Both the position numbers and the translations under genes were made by a program. From the human T2T-CHM13v2.0 reference genome, Homo sapiens, in assembly GCF_009914755.1 (NCBI RefSeq), contig NC_060931.1: a DNA stretch of 64,000 bases. One strand, written 5' to 3'. Below are positions 20,703 through 64,000 of the stretch, piece after piece. The stretch's first letter is position 1; every line of letters begins with the position of its first letter. The notes beneath the pieces are model-generated. The model was not told where the DNA came from. It searched no databases and saw only the letters and a program-made list of their open reading frames with translations.

Positions 20703-22251
20703 CTTTAGATGTTTCTGATGCATATTAAAGCCTGAAAACCACTGATCTAGAAAATCAGAATAATTTAAATTACAATTATTACTGTCTTTGGCCACCCAAC
20801 AGCTATTTATTTTTTTGTTCTGGGATCTCTCCCCTTGAGTCTTGGTGAGTGGTGAAGAATGTCTCCTGATGCAGGGAATATTTAAATGTTTAAAGTGGTG
20901 AGTACTTGCCTTCCCGGCCATGCGGCCAGGATTCTGCCAGTCTTTGGCTGAGGAGTGAGTGCCACAGCAGGGGTAGGGCAGCTCCCAACCTCTCCCTACC
21001 CCTCTAACTGGGTGCAGAAGTAACATTGGTGTTGGAACATTGCAGGTGAATTCTGGGAGCAGAAGTGCTAATTAAAATGTCAAGTGCCCGGTGGCAATCA
21101 CAGGGATTCATCCTCAGACTAGCTTTGAGTTATGGCTTTCAACTGTCAAGACTGAGTTCTCCCAAAGACACTGGGGGCTTAAACAATGTCGGCTCAGGAA
21201 TGTAGCTCAAAACTGTAGATCCTCACAGTCCAACATGGCAGTGAGAGCTCCATCCATCACAACCCCATTCCAGGCAGAATGTAAGAAAGGTAAAGATACA
21301 CAGATAACTTGTAAGGTGCCCATGACAACTTCACTATTATCTTACTGGAAGCACCTGGACACATGCCCACATGTAGGTGCAAGCAATGTTGGTGAATGTG
21401 GTCTTTATTCAGGAGGGGCACGTACCCAGAGACAAAATCAGAGATAGTATTTCTGTGGAAAAAGAGGAGAATAAATAACAGGGGAGAGACCAGCAATCTC
21501 TCCCTCACATACTCAAGTCGCCAGTCTTAGATCTGCACTAACCCTTCCAAATAAACGACTCTATCTGATAGAACTATATTTCCGTTATCAATGTCACTCA
21601 CTAATTCAGAATACGGTTTAGTCAGCCAGGATGTCTAGAAAGTCATATTTTCAAAATTATCTGAATTAAGCTGTAATATTATTCCACTCCCCACCTTCCA
21701 TTTCTCAGATCCCTTGGCAAAACCTTACCCTGAATGCTCATAACTACAGTAAGTAGTCCACTTCTTGTACCGTCTCAGAGAAATACAGGCACAGAAACAC
21801 TGGAATTTCTTTACTTTTTTGCTCAGGGGCTGAGGACAGAACAAGCACAAAATTTAAGCTGCACTAATTTCCAACCAACTATGAGGTGGTCCACAAGGGC
21901 CCACAGGATCAACCGTGACACAGAATCTTTGACTAAGAGGGCCAGGAGCATGGGGCCATGAAACAACTGGCATCCACCAGGTGGGCGAGAGGTCAGGGCA
22001 GCCTAGGAGGCTGTCAGCACCACTGCTACCAGAACAGCTCTCAGAAAGAAAAGACCAGAGTAACAGTGTTTGCCTTTAGGCTGAGCTACTTGGTGTCTGT
22101 GCTGCTCACGTTCACAGCCACAGGACCCATCCCAATACCCATAGAGGCAACATGAAGGTTGGACCCAGAGACTGCTGTGGGCCCTGCCCTGGGCTCTCCA
22201 CTCAGGGAGTATCACAGCACCTCACTCCTGGCCATAAAGGTAATACTTTCT

Positions 22252-22516
22252 CTTTTTTTTTTTTGAGACAGAGTCTTGCTCTGTCGCCCAGGCTGGGGTG
22301 CAGTGACGCGACGTCAGCTCACTGCAACCTCTGCTTCCTGAGTAGCTGGGATTACAGGCATTCACCACCACACCCAGCTAATTTTGTATTTTTGGTAGAG
22401 ACGGGGTTTCACCATGTTGTCTAGGCTGGTCTTGAACTCCTGACCTCAAGTGATCTATCTGCCTGCCTCAGCCTCCCAAAGTGCTGGGATTACAGGCGTG
22501 TGCCACTGCGCCGGGC
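22252..22516 (-). mobile_element. Alu with internal deletion just beyond the NCAPG2 poly(A) signal
   Basis: TSD taatactttc. Confidence 0.88.
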
Positions 22517-22556
22517 CCCTAATACTTTCAAATAAACAAATGGATGTTGTCATTGC

Positions 22557-22562
22557 TTTATT
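22557..22562 (-). terminator. NCAPG2 polyadenylation signal AATAAA
   Basis: tttatt on plus, about 335 nt past the stop; minus strand continues into GT/T-rich sequence. Confidence 0.8.
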
Positions 22563-22897
22563 ACTCATAGTTTCCAAGCAATATTACATATATAAAAGTC
22601 ATTTTAAAAACAACCAGGTTTGCTAGAAAAGTGTTTTTTCTTGGAATCATGGATTTCTACACCATTCATACCTGGAGTCCTTTATATTAAATATATTATT
22701 TACGCAGGCACTAGGCAAAATTGAAGAAGTTTTGAGTTATCTCCTCCATAACCCCCACCTTCCCACATTCCCACAAAAAAATCCCACCCTTTCCCTATTA
22801 TATGGGTTATTAACATTAAAAACAATAGGAAAATACACAGGCATTTCAATTTGAATCACTTTTCCCTATTTTTACATGTCTGGAGATGTTGGCTTGG

Positions 22898-63051
<40,154 letters not shown>

Positions 63052-63638
63052 CTGCAACAGAGAGAAAGATAAACAATTCAAAATCAGAACATGCCAATGA
63101 AAGGTTCAGGTAGGAAAACTTCATTAAAGAAAACATTCGGTTCCATCTTTATTAGAACTACTAGTGAAATAAATATACCTATGGAAAATACCACTTTTTC
63201 TAGAACTATTTCATATAAAAGGCATACTTTTAATGAACCAGTATAGGTCCAACCACTGCTATTTGGTCCATCCATTGTTTTGTTCAAATAAGATTAAAGC
63301 AATTATAAAAGAAATCTTTAATGCTCTCTCTCAGCTAAATTTTAGAGAATTTTTGAGTTGAAAGAAACACAGAATAACTACTGGTCACATGGTCTCCAAA
63401 GGCACCAAGTCCAAGAACTCTGCATTTCCTGACTCGATACTGCATGAGGATTGGAGGGAACAGAGCCAGCGTGTGTGACTCGAACGCACTCTCGGCTGAC
63501 TACAGTGGCCACGTAGCAGGTGGCACTCCTCCACAGGCCAAGGCTCAGTCTGGGCCCCCAAACTCCAGCACTGCTTAAGCTCTACTGCCTTCTCCATCTA
63601 GTTTCAGGAGAAAGGACATTTTCACAGGTTTTTATTAA

Positions 63639-64000
<362 letters not shown>

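Overview
Human (hominid) genomic DNA matching the NCAPG2 locus (7q36.3 from recall). The minus strand carries the last 16 coding exons of NCAPG2 (condensin II subunit G2): 63051 down to the TAA at 22898, with AATAAA at 22557-22562. All have GT-AG boundaries and splice into one open frame of 701 aa plus stop. About 8 kb downstream, on the same strand, is a complete THAP5 processed pseudogene (11834-14773) with TSD, poly(A) remnant, an early TGA and a 4-bp frameshift. Its C-terminal 233-codon ATG ORF is intact. The rest is mostly repeats: about 30 Alus (one with all six AluYg6 diagnostic bases), a 5'-truncated SVA with a 14-bp TSD, old L1 fragments, MLT2/THE1/other LTRs, MER DNA transposons and several VNTRs. 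Best second-look items: an antisense-Alu-derived in-frame alternative last exon of NCAPG2, an intronic 29-bp VNTR with about 16 matches to the PRDM9 13-mer, a phased 20-bp RUNX/E-box VNTR born from L1 sequence, and the intact C-terminal ORF of the THAP5 retrocopy. I found no evidence for a wholly new multi-gene system. Nearly all other ORFs in the track are Alu, L1 or VNTR artefacts. Repeat family names and old-repeat boundaries are by eye and approximate.
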